From the NCBI GenBank assembly GCA_951406725.2, contig OX597820.1:63178001-63242000 (forward strand): a DNA stretch of 64,000 nt. Reading direction: 5' to 3'. Numbering within the stretch: position 1 is the first letter of the stretch; each line of letters begins with the position of its first letter. Of the stretch, positions 12,223 through 26,200 are shown piece after piece. Below the pieces are notes generated by a model, which worked only from the letters and a program-made list of their open reading frames with translations, was not told where the DNA came from and did not search any database. Made by a program: the position numbers and the translations under genes. This DNA comes from Octopus vulgaris. Lineage: Eukaryota.

Positions 12223-13780
12223 GGTAAATGTAAATCACTTAGGTTTTCCACAAGTCGGTGGTGGAGTTTACTTAAAAAACCCGCGTGTTTATTGCGATTT
12301 ATAAGTCTATCGTTAAACAAAATTAACGAATTTTCAATCAGAGCAATTTGTCTATTCATCTTTATAACTATCAAAATTCATTTTCACGTGCTTTTTAATC
12401 ATATACGTGCCCAAACAGAGTCGGAGGTCTCCACCCCTGGGAAACACCCATATCGAGAAGAACTATTATTAGAGTCTTATATAAACGGTATCATATGGAT
12501 AGATTTCGGTGATGTTGGTATTCTTCCATGTTGTTTTACAAGAAGCTTCTAAAGCTCTTATATTTTCGTTCCTTTTACTTTAATGTAAATTGAAATTAAA
12601 TCAAAATATTTTCCAAGATGGCTGCACACCGAAAGACCAAACTAATATCAAACTGTTGGACCTTGTATCAGTTTCATATATATTTTTACAAGTAAATTAG
12701 GATTTGTACAAAATGGCATAAAAAAGCTGTTCACATACATTTCAATATATTTCAATTAGATATATTTCAATTCCATTTATCCTATAACGGCGCCAGAAAT
12801 TTCTACCCAACAAAAATAACAGAACTTACCCAAATGGGAAATTGCACATCGTTTTGGTTGCCTCAGGTTAAAGCATAAAACACAAGGTTCAACAAAAGGT
12901 TATTCTAAGAATTATATGAGAGGAATACAAAATGATGAGCGTGGATATGTATAAAAATGAACCCTACCAGACTGAGCTTTTGATGTTAAAGTTAGGTATC
13001 ATGTCATTGGTAACCAATGAATATTGCTTTAGTGCACTTTTAGCTGAAGCATATGACACACATAACTATGAACCGCTGTAATGTTATAATTCCTCAAATA
13101 TAGTTGTGAGTATATTTGCAAGACTTTTGATAATGAAATATTTAGACTCGATCTCACGATGAAAACACGCACTTCCATATATGGCGGTATTTTTGTAACA
13201 ATGGAAACTTTTGGAAGGTATGTGTTTTCTCTAGTCACGAGATGTATACTCACGTGAATAGCAAACTGTTTGCTCATAGATTAGATTATAAATATATTTA
13301 CGGGAGAAATTGCAGCTCTGATCTAACCTAGCATCAATCAAATAAACAGCTGTGTTTTTCAAGTTGACAAAAGGTTGACAAAATGTCTATTTTCCACCAA
13401 TTCTGTGGTATAATCAATTTCTGTCATATTATACGTAGAACGCCTAACAATCGAATTAAAAGAGCTGTTAGTTTTAGAGTTCTTACTCTAACATAACGTG
13501 TCGGCAGAATCGTTATGAGGCCGGGCAAAATATTTAGAGATATTTACTCCATTTTTACATACTGAGTTCAAATACTACCGAGATTTACTTTGTCTGTCAT
13601 CATTTCGTGATTGATAAAATAAGTTAGGCATAGGGGCCGTGTTAATCACCCAAATGTTTTGGCTTTGAGCCAAACTTTGAAACAAATACAGAATACGATT
13701 TGCCAGTAATGTGGGAATGATGTAAACGGTACCTCAAATTCACCATGGAGTATTTTACTAAAGATTATTTCTTCATGAGA

Positions 13781-14193
13781 AGGCGGCGAACCAGCAGAAA
13801 CGTTAGCACGCCGCGCAAAAAGCTTAGTAGTATTTCGTCTGCCGCTACGTTCTGAGTTCAAATTCGGCCGGGGTCGACTTGCTATAAATCCTTTCGGGGT
13901 CGATAAATTAATTACCAGGTACGCGCTGGGGTCGATGTAATCGATTTAATACCTATGTCTCTCCTTGTTTCCCCCCTCTATGTTTAGCCCCTTGTGGGTA
14001 GTAAAGAAATAGGTATGTCGTCTACCGTTACGTTCCGAGTTCAAATTACGCCGAGGTCGACTTGCCTTAAATCATTTCGGGGTCGATAAATCAAGTGCCA
14101 GTTACGCACTGGGGTCGATGTAATCGGCTTAATCCTTTTGCCTGTCCTTGTTTTTTATCTCTATGATTAGACCCTTGTGGGCAATAAAGATAT
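13781..14193 (+). mobile_element. SINE family A (tRNA-like head, Deu/Nin-like core) with a duplicated body and an ~18-bp TSD
   Basis: ggcggcgaaccagcagaaacgttagc..gagttcaaattc..tcctttcggggtcgataaa; the body occurs twice. Flanked by aagattatt(t)tcttcatga at 13761-13779 and 14194-14211. Confidence 0.85.
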
Positions 14194-14266
14194 AAGATTA
14201 TTTCTTCATGAAATATGACACCGTTTTCTTTCTTTCTTTTTTTTTTGTTGATAATCGTGTTTGCAG

Positions 14267-14478
14267 ATTACCAACACTACATTATAACACAAATTTCTTC
14301 CAGGAAGTACAATATATTTATAAAATTTCCAACTCAGTATGAATTGCTATTTCAGCAATGTTTTCTCCACACGAACAAATAAACTTGTACGCGTATAAAA
14401 TTCTTCATACTCATTAGAAAACGATGAGTAACAATGGAACTAATAAAATAATTCCTGCAGCACTGAAGATCTGTCAAG
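14267..14478 (+). other. Two candidate small exons (14267-14336, 14418-14478) joined in frame across an 81-nt GT-AG intron
   Basis: Polypyrimidine tract, then tttgcag|LPTLHYNTNFFQEVQYIYKISNS|gtatga...tcattag|KTMSNNGTNKIIPAALKICQ|gtatgt. Confidence 0.3.
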
Positions 14479-16927
14479 GTATGTAAATATAAATTAACCT
14501 GATATGTTTCCTTATCAAAATCAATCTACAATTCTATACTTGCGATGGTACATTGCGATCAAAGCTTGAGGCTCCTGTCGGATTTTGTATAACACTTTGT
14601 CTCTAAGTTGCAGTCTGACAATTTTCTGCACCTTTTTAACGTTTGGCTGCGTCTTCAGTTCTGGCATAAATCGACTATTCAGGTGCTGCATGAAAAATCC
14701 CTACCGTTTTCTATTTTTGTTTTTGCGTTTTAGTACTGCTTATTTCTTCTCAAATGTAGTGAAGAATGGTATATTAATTTTATATATTTGGAAAACATAT
14801 GGATACGAAAGAACAAAACTGCTATATGCACATTGGACGAGTTTACGTTAGTAAGCAAAAAATGCTTTGACAGTTCTCTGCAGATGGCTTTGACATTTGA
14901 AAATTCGGAAGTATAACGTAAATGTGTTCAACTGTGCGATTAAAGAAATAAAATGCGCAAATATGTTGACTAAATTAAAGCGTTTATATGGGGACACACG
15001 ACAACGATCATTGTAATTCCGGTAATGCTGTCGTTCTTAAATTTCAAAAATTTACCTTCCAATATTTGTGACAAGTACTTTCATATCTAGATCTAATTTC
15101 TGGTGTCCATGTATAGATGTATTATTCTGACACAAACTTTCCGATGTAGCAAGCGCCAAAACTTTATTAATTTTTTCTTTACTTGCAAGAGAGGAAAACA
15201 ACCGTTAAACCTGTCCTCCAGGAGGGAGGACAGTTTAATTTTATCCAGAGTAGCATTTCCTTTAGTTGAATTTAACATGTTTTCCATTTGTTCTTATATG
15301 TTAGTGTTAAATTAGCTTCTGTGTTCAAATATATTCAAATATATCAGCAAATTAAGATAGCTTTGCATAACATTAGTAAGCATTTATGAAAAAGGCCAAG
15401 TTACATCTCTTGAGATAATGTGAATATGACTCAATTTGCCTGTGGTTAGCTACCTTATATATAGTGACGGAGAATAGGGAGAGGAAATCTTCGTCGATAG
15501 ATGCTGTCTTTTAGAGGAATTGCCCTTGATTTTAATGATAATTTGAAGAGTATCATGAAGAAAACTTGCAATTATTTGTTTCATGCTTTGATTATTGGAC
15601 ATTCGCAGTAAATGATTTAAGCTGCTGTATAATCTGATTCCATGGTTGATGTTGACAGGTTAAGATTTTAATTACTAAACATGTTTTGACTATTTTAAGT
15701 ACATATTCTAATAAAATAACCCCAGAACTACTCTCAGAATTTCTTGGTGTATTCTGTAGAATTTTCTAAATAAGTCACGAAGAGTTTTGTAGCAGCTACA
15801 ATTTTCAACCATGGCCGTTCTTTTAATTTCCTTATGGGATAAATATTTGTTCACTATATCATCCTCCTGAACAAACTTAGCAAATCTCATTAATATTTCC
15901 CAGTTCTCTTTGCAGTTTCATTAACTTGAAGCACATATAATGATTCCTGTATTCGATAAGTATTCTCTTTTATATCTGCCGTTATCTCAACAATACGCTT
16001 ACATGCTTTGTCATTTCTAAGTTGGATCTTTTCATTTTCATTAGGTGCCTAATAACTCTCATAGAAACGAACGATCCATTAATAATATGAGCGTTTTAAT
16101 ACTTGGAAACTGGTGACAAGATGACTGTTACTGAAATTTAACTGTACATTTAAAAATTGTAATGGAAATTGAGATTTGCATTTTGAGATTCGTTAGTAAA
16201 CACCTGGAGTGAAAAACAGGGCTGAATTTTTTCAGTCCTACTGTCTCATTCTTTTCATTTCTTTTCATAAATACAGTATTCATGAAGATGACTCTCCTCT
16301 TCTATACATAAAGTAAAATCAAGTGAGAGATATAATTCATGTATTGCCTACTCTTCTGCTCTTTCTTAATTTTTCTTTTTGATTTTTTTAAGGGCGTCGG
16401 ACATCGTGTGCTGAGTGAGAAGGATTGTTTTCCCGACACCTCAAATTCAGCAATCTCATTTGTGTTGCCACCTGCGAATCAGCTTCACATTACAAGAGAT
16501 ATATCTAATACATCTGAAAAATCCTTCTGAAACTCAAAGAGCAACCATTACTATATAATTCTAATTAACTGAAATATTTCAAAATGTTTGTTATATCTGT
16601 TTCATGTTTCACGCAAACTTTACAAATACTTCAGATTACTAGTCATATTTTCAACAGCCTCAATGAAAATCCAACTCAATTATTCCAAGATATTCTGTGA
16701 AGTATTAATCTACAAATTCAATACTATATAAGTGAATTACACGGAAATTATGTTTCAGATTTGCTAAATTTTTACTTTCTTAATAACTTTCTATTTAAGA
16801 AATACTTTTTTTCTGTGAATACTGTTAAATAAACGGCAACTGTTGATGTATACATACATATACTCACAAGCATACCAATAACATATATATCTGTGTTTGT
16901 GAGTATAAAATACACACACACACACAT

Positions 16928-16997
<70 letters not shown>

Positions 16998-17719
16998 GCC
17001 CATGCATAACTTTACATATATACATTCATACATACGTATATGCAGATATACACGCACACACACAAATATGTATATACAAAACAACATATATGCGTACACA
17101 TGACATGTTACGAAACAATTAGTGCTTCAATGCGAAATTGACAACTTTAATTAAGTACCAGATATTGTGCGTATGTATTTGTCAGTCGTCTCATCCTACA
17201 CTAAACTGTTATTTGTTAAGGTGAGTTACGCACTTAGATAACTGAATGTAATCACACGCATACACACATAAAATCACATGCACACAATCAGACACAGACT
17301 ACAAATTAAAAGATGAGCACATACGAGCAAACAGTCACTCATACACAGAAGCGGCAATAGTTATATACGTATTCGCACATTCGTCCATTCTAGGATTCGC
17401 ACACAAATACAGAAGAACATAGTTACGCACATAAACGCACAATTACACACCGACATGGGTAACACAATGAATAAATGTATATAATTCACTGCATACACTT
17501 TCTCAAGTGCTCTTTATTGTGAATAGGTTTTCATGTTTCTGGAAATGGAAAAGCGTTGGTTAGACAATCAATTATTTTTCACGGTGGAACCACTGAGTTC
17601 GTGTATCTGGTTTCAATCCTTTGACGGGCAGTTTGAAACCTATGTTTCAGAGATGAAACATTAATAGGACTGAATTATATATGTTTTTCCAATTAGACTT
17701 TAATATTGCTTACAATGAA

Positions 17720-17945
17720 GGCGGTGAGCTGCCAAAATCGTTATCACACCGTGCAAAATGCTTAGCAGTGTTTCGTCCCGCCTTACGTTCTGAGTTCAAA
17801 TTCTTTCGACGCCAACATCGCCTTTTTGTCTCTTTCGGGGTCGACAAAACACAATGAATAAATGTATATAATTGAGCACTGGGGTCTATGTAATCAACGT
17901 ATGCCTTCTACGAAATTGCTGGCCTTGTGCTGAAATTTAAAAGCA
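17720..17945 (+). mobile_element. SINE family A, diverged; further copies at ~13495-13630, 18452-18660, 23702-23790, 23823-24030, 59620-59770
   Basis: Shared ggcgg(t/c)gagctg, ttctgagttcaaatt and ggggtcga motifs. Confidence 0.75.
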
Positions 17946-19816
17946 ATATTTCTTGCACTGAATATGTTAATATGAGGTAAATTATAATATCCCAAATGCT
18001 ATTAATAACGTATTAGTGACTCGTAATTATTATTAGAATGTTAACCTTGCCACAAGACCCCAGAGAAAGAGAAGCACACAGAAATAGTAATTAAATTATC
18101 ACCTACCCTCGTATACTACACATACATAACACAAATTAAGAACTTAGATTAAGAAAATAATATATCTAAATGCATACGATATGTTTTACATATTTTATAT
18201 ATAATAGCATAATATATTTAACATTTACATTGATATAATTTTCTGACAACCAAGTAGAATAGTTTGGCGTGATGAGGTGTTATCATTTTTCAAATTTTCA
18301 GCCGGGATTTAAAAGCACATCATATTTCGTTTGATTGGAGTTTTGTATTTTGCTCAATAATCAATGACCTCATTTAGTCTTGTTTTACCATTAATTTACT
18401 CTGTGCATACTTTTAACTGTTTACAAACTGAATTTTATGATTACACCTATTTGTGGCGGTAAGCTGGCAGAATAGGTAAACTGGCATGCGGGGGCCAAAT
18501 GGTTAGCAGTTTGTCGTTGGCTTTTACGTTCTGAGTTCAAATTCCGTCGAGCTTGACTTTGCCTTTCCCATTTTAGGAGTCGATAAAATATGTTGAACGA
18601 TGTAATCGACTCAACCACTCTCCACGAAGTTTTGGTTTTGGGCTAACTTTTAAAACCATTAGCACATCTATTTATCTATTCTTTATTTCATACAGTTCAA
18701 GCATTTTCATACGTGTGTCTCTTTTAGCTATTCGAAAAGTTTAGAGTCATTTCTATATATTCTACATAGACTATCGAAAGGTTTTTTTTTTTTTCCAAAT
18801 TATTCTCTGAATATTTATCTGAAATATAATTGAGAACTATTTACAAAAAAAAAAAACCTAGAAAAAAAGCAAAACAAAACAAAGCAAAAGACAAAATCTG
18901 CATCGAAAAGCGGAATGGAAAGGAGAATATTATATTTGCAGGGAGAAACAACAATCTTCAGAACTGCAGCAAATAATTCGAATTCCTGGTATGCTCAATA
19001 ATAATGACGACGTTGATGGGGCAAGCGAGGCGTTGTCTTATGCCTAACACCTCAAAGTATGTGCATCTCACCGGCCAATCTTGCGAACAGATTTTATTAG
19101 AAGCGCGTAACACAAACCGAATGTATTTTAGATGATCTTTGTTCCATGTACAGAGTGAAGCCATGAAATTCAAAAGCATGTGGTTGGTTAGAAAATATCT
19201 TATACACGGTACCAATTGTGCATTTATACAAATTATAAGATATTTGAAATACTCTTAGAATATTTCAACAATTTTTTTTTTATTAAATGATTTAAACGCT
19301 GAATGTAATAAAATGCTTTCAAATATTTTTAATCTAGTAGCAAATTTAAAATATTTTTGATGTTACCTCTTACTGCATTAATTCATCACCTAAACCTGTT
19401 TTATATTCATATATTTATTAAATAGAAACATACAACTATCACCTTTCACCGTTCACAATTACTGTTTTATTATTTTGCTAGCGACCATGATTAAAGAATC
19501 GCCCATCAAAGAAGCATTCTTCAAAGCATAGTTCACAAAAGAGATTCCTTTGATTCTGCTAAACCATTCCATTTTCAGCGTCATTGACCAGCACGTAGGC
19601 AGTCGGTAAGTCGACTCGAGAGGTCAGTTACGAAAAACATATTAAAATATGGTTCACTACATATTGAAATTGAAGTTATCGACAGCATTGTGGATGATTT
19701 TCAATGTTGCATATATCAATATTATATATATATATATATATACACACTCTTAGAATATTTCAACAATTTTTTCTTAGATGATTATATATATATACGCATA
19801 TCTACATACATATACA

Positions 19817-20190
19817 TTTACTTGTTTCAGTCATTTGACTGCGGCCATGCTGGAGTATCAACTTAAAGGGTGTTAGTCGAAGAAATAGACCGCTAGACAT
19901 ATTCTGTGTAAGCCTAGTATTTATTTTGTGGTTCTCTTTTGCCGAACCCCTAGCCCAAGGGGACATGATCACACCAGCAGCGGTTGACGAACGATGGCGG
20001 GGGCACAAACAGAGAAACACAGACACACCGACACCCAAATAATATACATATATATATATATATACGGCGGGCTGTTTTCAGGTTCCGGCTACCAAATCCA
20101 CTCACAAAGCTTTGGTAGACACCAACCCAAGGTGCTACGCAATGGGACTGAACCCGGAACATGTAACTGGAAAGCAAGCTTCTTACCATG
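19817..20190 (-). mobile_element. SINE family B, near full length, with an internal (TA)n
   Basis: Reverse complement of the 42789-43200 copy. Confidence 0.8.
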
Positions 20191-20229
20191 CATCCATACC
20201 GTTGAGGCGAGAGTCATGACACCCCTTGC

Positions 20230-21420
20230 GAGAATAGACTTGACCGAACGATTATAAATAGTAGCGGTCTGCGTGAGATTAGGCGTTAATCGCAGGAAAT
20301 CGTAAGGTGTCGTATGGGCAGCTTGTACACATGTACATATTTACGTGTTAGTGTCGCATGGGGCAGATCGTTTGTGTGCAAGGCAGTTATACTGCCCGTG
20401 ACAACATCGTTGGTATGGGCTTGCATAGAGACGGTCCTGAATGGGCCAACCGAATCTCGAGTCCTTTCCTACGGATAGCTGTGTAGATGGCACAAGTGGA
20501 ATACTCATTGAAGTGGGAGAATCATCAAGAAACAGGATTTACAGAGATCCCCCTTGCGGCGTTTAGCTGGCCTGTGTTCCTGTAACGGGGTTAGTAACGG
20601 ACGTAAGGTATCCGATGGCTCCAAGTATCTTTAGGAACTGAGTAACATATGCGTCCCGAGTTGTGTTGTCACTGCAAGTTTTACGTATCGGGGTTTATCT
20701 TGGCCTCGATAGGGAAGGCCGATTTATAGTGGACGAAGATGTCCCAGCAAGCAGATTTTGTGTATGACACCGTGTCAATCTTCTCCTCATCCGTGGTGTT
20801 TAGCAAAAACTGAAGCAACAGGAGGGAACCACCATTCTAAGGGTATTTAATGGTGAAGTTATTGAACTTCTTCAATATAGTGGAGGCGTCCTCTTGGGAT
20901 GGGGTGAGCATAACGATGTGCGTGGTAGGTGCTGAGTGCCCTACGCTTAAGCTGGTCTAAGTAGGCAATATCGAGCGGGCATGATAGGCTGGACCCCAGA
21001 GGCAGGCCTAAATATTCCCAATACGTGTTGTCCAAGAAATCGTAGTGTGTATTGGTAAATATAACTGATAGAAACTGGTGTGTTTCCGAAGAGGTAGTTC
21101 GAAGCAGTGTAAGTCCAAGGAGGTGGTACATTCTGTGTTCAGATCAACTGCAGTAAGAGCAGGAATCGAGGTGTATAGGGAAACCACTTCTAAACTGAAA
21201 GTACACCTGTTGTATCTGAGCGTACGGGTTCGAGACTTCGTTTCAGCCGTTGAAAACTTACGTACCTGGACATTTCCAAGACTGGTTTCCTTCTGAAGAC
21301 TGGCCTTTATGCTTGAAGTTTAAATCTTTTATTAAAATTGCTGCATTGTCAGAAGGTTTCTATATTCTCTCTCTCGTTACGTTCTTCAATATTACAATGA
21401 TTCAAGCGAACTACAACGCT
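20230..21420 (-). mobile_element. Degenerate Penelope-like reverse transcriptase remnant
   Basis: Minus-strand motifs FSLEVVSLYTSIP (~21163-21201; PLE consensus SxDVxSLYTxIP), GLPLGSSLSCPLDIAYL (GxPMGSPLS) and thumb-like SYTKSACWDIFVHYKSAFP. Boundaries approximate. Confidence 0.7.
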
Positions 21421-21421
21421 C

Positions 21422-21500
<79 letters not shown>

Positions 21501-21635
21501 TTAGTAAAATATGCCTTACGGAAATATGCCAAAATATGCCAACGGAAATATGCCTTAGTAAAAAAGGAAAAAAATTATTTCGTGCAAATCTGACCCTGAT
21601 ACATACGATACAGCTAAGGGTCAGACCCGATTCTG

Positions 21636-22060
21636 ATTGGTCAACAAGTTGATGACGTCTAGCTCTGCTAGAATGGACAGGATACAAACAGGGGACAGTC
21701 ATTAGTCAGAATATTGATGACGTCCTTTTCTGCTTGACTAGTCACCTAACAAGTACAGACAGGGGGCAGATCTAATGTAGCTATAAGTCGTGATTGGGCA
21801 GAATCTGGATGACGTCCCGTTCTGCTTGACTAACGAAGCGACTGGTCAAAACAGGAAACAAACAAGAGGCAGTTATAATGCAGCGATTGGTCAAAATGAT
21901 GATGACGTCCCGTTCTGCTTGACTAAAGCCACCTAACGAAACGATTGGTCAAAACGTTGATGACGTCACGCTACGCTGGATTGACCACCTAACAGGCATT
22001 ATAAAACCGAGCACTTCACAAAACTCACTAGAACCACCCAGCGAACATCCACCATGGGTC
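21636..22060 (+). promoter_or_regulatory. Pol II promoter-like array: 5x [ATT(G/A)G-N12-TGACGTC], TATA box, Inr-like site, Kozak ATG
   Basis: ATTGG (ATTAG in unit 2) at 21636, 21701, 21793, 21886, 21944, each separated by exactly 12 nt from TGACGTC at 21653, 21718, 21810, 21903, 21961. TATAAAA at 22000, CTCACT around 22027, CCACCATGG at 22049-22057. Confidence 0.65.
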
Positions 22061-22320
22061 ATCACAATTGCTTAAGGTAAAACTGAATTCCTCGCTCTTT
22101 CGGAAACATCAATCTTCTGTATTGACCGCTTTCCACCACTTTGATCTGTTTTTTGTATTGAATACGTATCGCCACCGTGGGCCACTGCATCGAACACTTT
22201 GAACATATACTTCAAACTATATATCAACTATACATGAACTCTAAGATGTCTGACTCCGTTGTGTATTATAAATGAATTTCTTGTGTTTGACGGCATGAGC
22301 TGTCTTTTTTTATATATGAC

Positions 22321-22366
22321 TTTTTTTGATAAGGTTCATTTCAGGAACTGAAACATGTTATAATGT
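22321..22366 (+). ncRNA. Hammerhead-like motif with U3-A8 core (weak stem I)
   Basis: TTGATAA (22326-22332)-GGTTC-ATTTCAG-GAACT-GAAA-CATG-TT-ATAATG, with a palindromic CATG stem III. Stem I is only partly paired. Confidence 0.35.
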
Positions 22367-22421
22367 ATATATAAAAATTAAAAATTGTATAATACAGCAG
22401 CATTTTCGAACTTCATTTTTT

Positions 22422-22478
<57 letters not shown>

Positions 22479-22888
22479 GGACATTACTACACATAAATGC
22501 CTCACACTATGAGGGACTCTTAAAGTCAAAACTAGCATAATAAACACATTGTACCGAACGCGAAGGAATGCAACTCTCGAAGCGACCCTTTTAAAAACAG
22601 ATTTCGCCGCAGGTCATATGAATTCATAATTAGTGCACAAAATGCACCTTTTACTCTTCAGTGCAGGCATAATCAAGACACATAAAAATGAACAAAGAAA
22701 TCAACATACCAGACGAACACCAAATGTATCCAACACAGTACATAGACTTGTTCCCACTTATATATCTATGTAAGAGGCGGGATTTTCGAATTGCATCCTG
22801 GTACCCGTGTTTATTCAGAATAAAATTCATCACTGAATATATTCTGGTTAAATTTACAATTTAGTTTTGAATTTAAGAGTCCCTATAT

Positions 22889-22955
<67 letters not shown>

Positions 22956-23157
22956 ATATACGCGTGCGCATATAACACATTTACATACACAGATACGTAC
23001 AAATCTAATCTGGCGTGTGTGTGTGTGTTTTGTGCCTATGTAGTTTATTCTATATCTTCGCACACATGTTTGACAATGAGTGCAAGCATATACACACCTT
23101 TAATATACTCATATTCTTATACACATTGACTTGAATATTCACATCATATGCACAATT

Positions 23158-23220
<63 letters not shown>

Positions 23221-26200
23221 TAACACATATATATATATACATATATACATATATACATACATATATATGTGTGTGTATACATACACATACATATATACAT
23301 GCATATCAAATGTATACTCATCTTACTTTACAATATCGAGGAAAACCCTCATGTACATGTGGCAAAATTATCATTTTAATATTCATTTCATCGAATGTTG
23401 ATAGAATGTGTTTACATTTAATCTCACGTAAGAATTAGTTTTGCATTGGTTGATGGTGTAAACATCAATGCACTATAGTCCGCCAACAGGTAACGTTGTA
23501 CATCAAAACAGTGTCACTAACAGAAATGGAGCAAGTACCATTAGGTATCATTCTCCCATCTTCATATTTGCTTCGTAGTAAGACTCTTATCTAATAATGG
23601 TTATTTTTTGATTGTTTGAACATATTTTTCTCTCTAAGCTACACGGAGTAATTTAGATATATAAACGAGGTTTATTTGGATATACTTAGAAATTCACCCT
23701 AAGCGGCGTTCTGGCAGAATCGTTTGCACCCCAGGTATAAAAAAAAATTGCACCAGCTTTTCTTCAGACTTTATACTCAAATTCAATCGAGGTCGATTTC
23801 CCAATACTTTATGTTCCCCTAAAGCAGGGAGCTGGCAGATTCATTAGCACTGTGGGCTAAATGCTTAGCGGCAATACTTTTACATTCAGGTTCTGAGTTC
23901 AAATTCCGCTGAGGTTGAGTTTCCTTTTCATCCTTTTGATGTCGATGAAATAAGTATCAGGTGAATATTGTATTGATGTAACCAACTTACACCTTTCCCC
24001 TAAGTTACTAACTTTATGCCAAAATTTGAAAACAATGTTCAATGTCTAGACATCAGGTATATAATATGTAACTGAATTTCATGTACGTTATTTGTTAAAT
24101 GTGGAATCCGTTGAACAGATTCACTTGAAATCTACGAAATTATGTTTCATGTGTAAGGTTATCTCTAAAGATTTTCTATGGAGCTCAAAATGAAATTATA
24201 GCACTATTAACACAAGGTAGGACACAGTATAGACTTCTGAACCTATAATATACTTAGAAGTATTACGGTAACAAAACGAAATGCTATTGGCTTGCCAGCA
24301 ATTAGATATGAAATTATGTACTCACAGGACATAAACGACACCCACTGTACAAGAGAGAATAGAAACATAATACCCCTCATCAGCATGACCTTAAACTTAA
24401 TATGAGAGTTAATCTCATTACACCGTTGCCAATAAACTGAAAGTTTCAAACCAAGCAGATTAAATCAACTGCATCTTTATTCAAAAGACAGGGATATAGC
24501 AACTAACTTTCCCAATCAAAATTATGTGACTTTCCCCTCCGCTCAACAAATGACTATGCGTGTTTCCTATAACCTGTTTTCTGATCTGAACATAGTATTT
24601 GGAAATTTTACATAATAAAAATTTACAGTCAGATGTATTTCATGCTAACTGAGCTTCAATACCATACGTTGTATATTTCCATATTATATTCTACATTGTA
24701 ATAGACATCCTGTGTTACATGCTCTAACACTTTAATGTGTATTATATGTTCGGAATTCTTATTGTCTTTATATGTGATTGCTTGGCTGATTGTCCTTGCC
24801 TAGCTGTATAAGTTTACGTATGTGTATGTGTACGACTATATGCATATGAACATACACACACATATGATGTAGTATGTGTGTGTGAGCGCGTGTGTGTATG
24901 TGTGTGTGTGTGTGTGTGTGTGCGGGCTTCCGTGAATGCGAATATATCATGTATATGTGTGTTTCAATATGTGGTAACGCACGAAACGCTCAGCCCTTGA
25001 GCTACTCTGATGCTTCTGCCAAATACTGACGAATACATGTATATAACATACTCATGTTTTCAGTTGTATATATATGTACATGAATATATATGTATATATA
25101 TATATATACATATATATATACATATCAAAATGTATGCATGTATCCATATGCATATAGATGAATGTTTATATACATGCACACACTCACACACGCTCTCTCT
25201 CTCTCTCATGCATATATTTTCACCCCTTCCTCCTCTAATAGACATATTTAATTCAATCGCTCGCCATATTTCGTTCAAAGTTACTCATCCACGCTCACTA
25301 CAAAATTTAATTTATGGCTCTTTAAAGACACTGATGCCATGGAGATTCTCTGTGTATATATTTGTATGTCCGTGTCTATGTACGTTATGTAATGCGTGTA
25401 TGAGTGTTTGTATGTGTGAGTGCACATGTGTGTGAGTGCTTATGTGTTTGTGTGCATATCTACATTATAGAGAATAATCTTCAGTAATGATAGAGGACAT
25501 GTAATCCATTCACTAAATATAATCTGAAAAATTACTATTATTTCAATCTGTATTCAGAGAATCTTTCAAGTTATATTATTATTCGATTATAATTCTCTCA
25601 AATAATACCTTTGTCTCATTAAAAAAAGAAGGCACTTTGGATAATATAATACTTGAATACTTCATAGCCCTAAAATGACTGTGCAGAGAAGGCTTTCGAT
25701 CAAAAGTGACGTGAAGTTAAACAACAAAAGCAAAATGTGGTATCGAATGAACCTCTACGCGGAACGTAAGATTCCTGGCAAGAGAAATTTAATTCTTCTC
25801 TGCATTATAATATAATATAATATAGAAATACTTAAATGAATAAAAATACAGAAAGAGAAAAGGATAGAAAGTAAGAAAGAACGAAAGAAGACCGAAAAAT
25901 TGGATAATGCATTTACAAATATAGTGTACCTTAAAATAAAAGATGGATGGTCCTTTTATAGGATTAGAGATATTCTTAAATAAAACTGCCCTACTGTGGC
26001 GAAAATAAGTAGATAAGTACATATTGGTGGTAATATGTTGTAACTTGGTCTGCCCGAAATGGCAACCATATCTCCCTGTCATCTCCCTGTTGTTAGAGGA
26101 AGATATCGCCTGCAATAAAAGCAGAACTAAAAACAACAATAACCTCTTTTATTCTTTCAGATTTTGTCTTACTTTTGCAAAGACACTCGTTTCTCATTTT

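Noticed and set aside
21495-21970. Possible CRISPR-like repeat-spacer array
   Set aside because: Eukaryotic context, irregular period, spacers related to one another and no cas genes. Better explained as a transcription-factor-site array.
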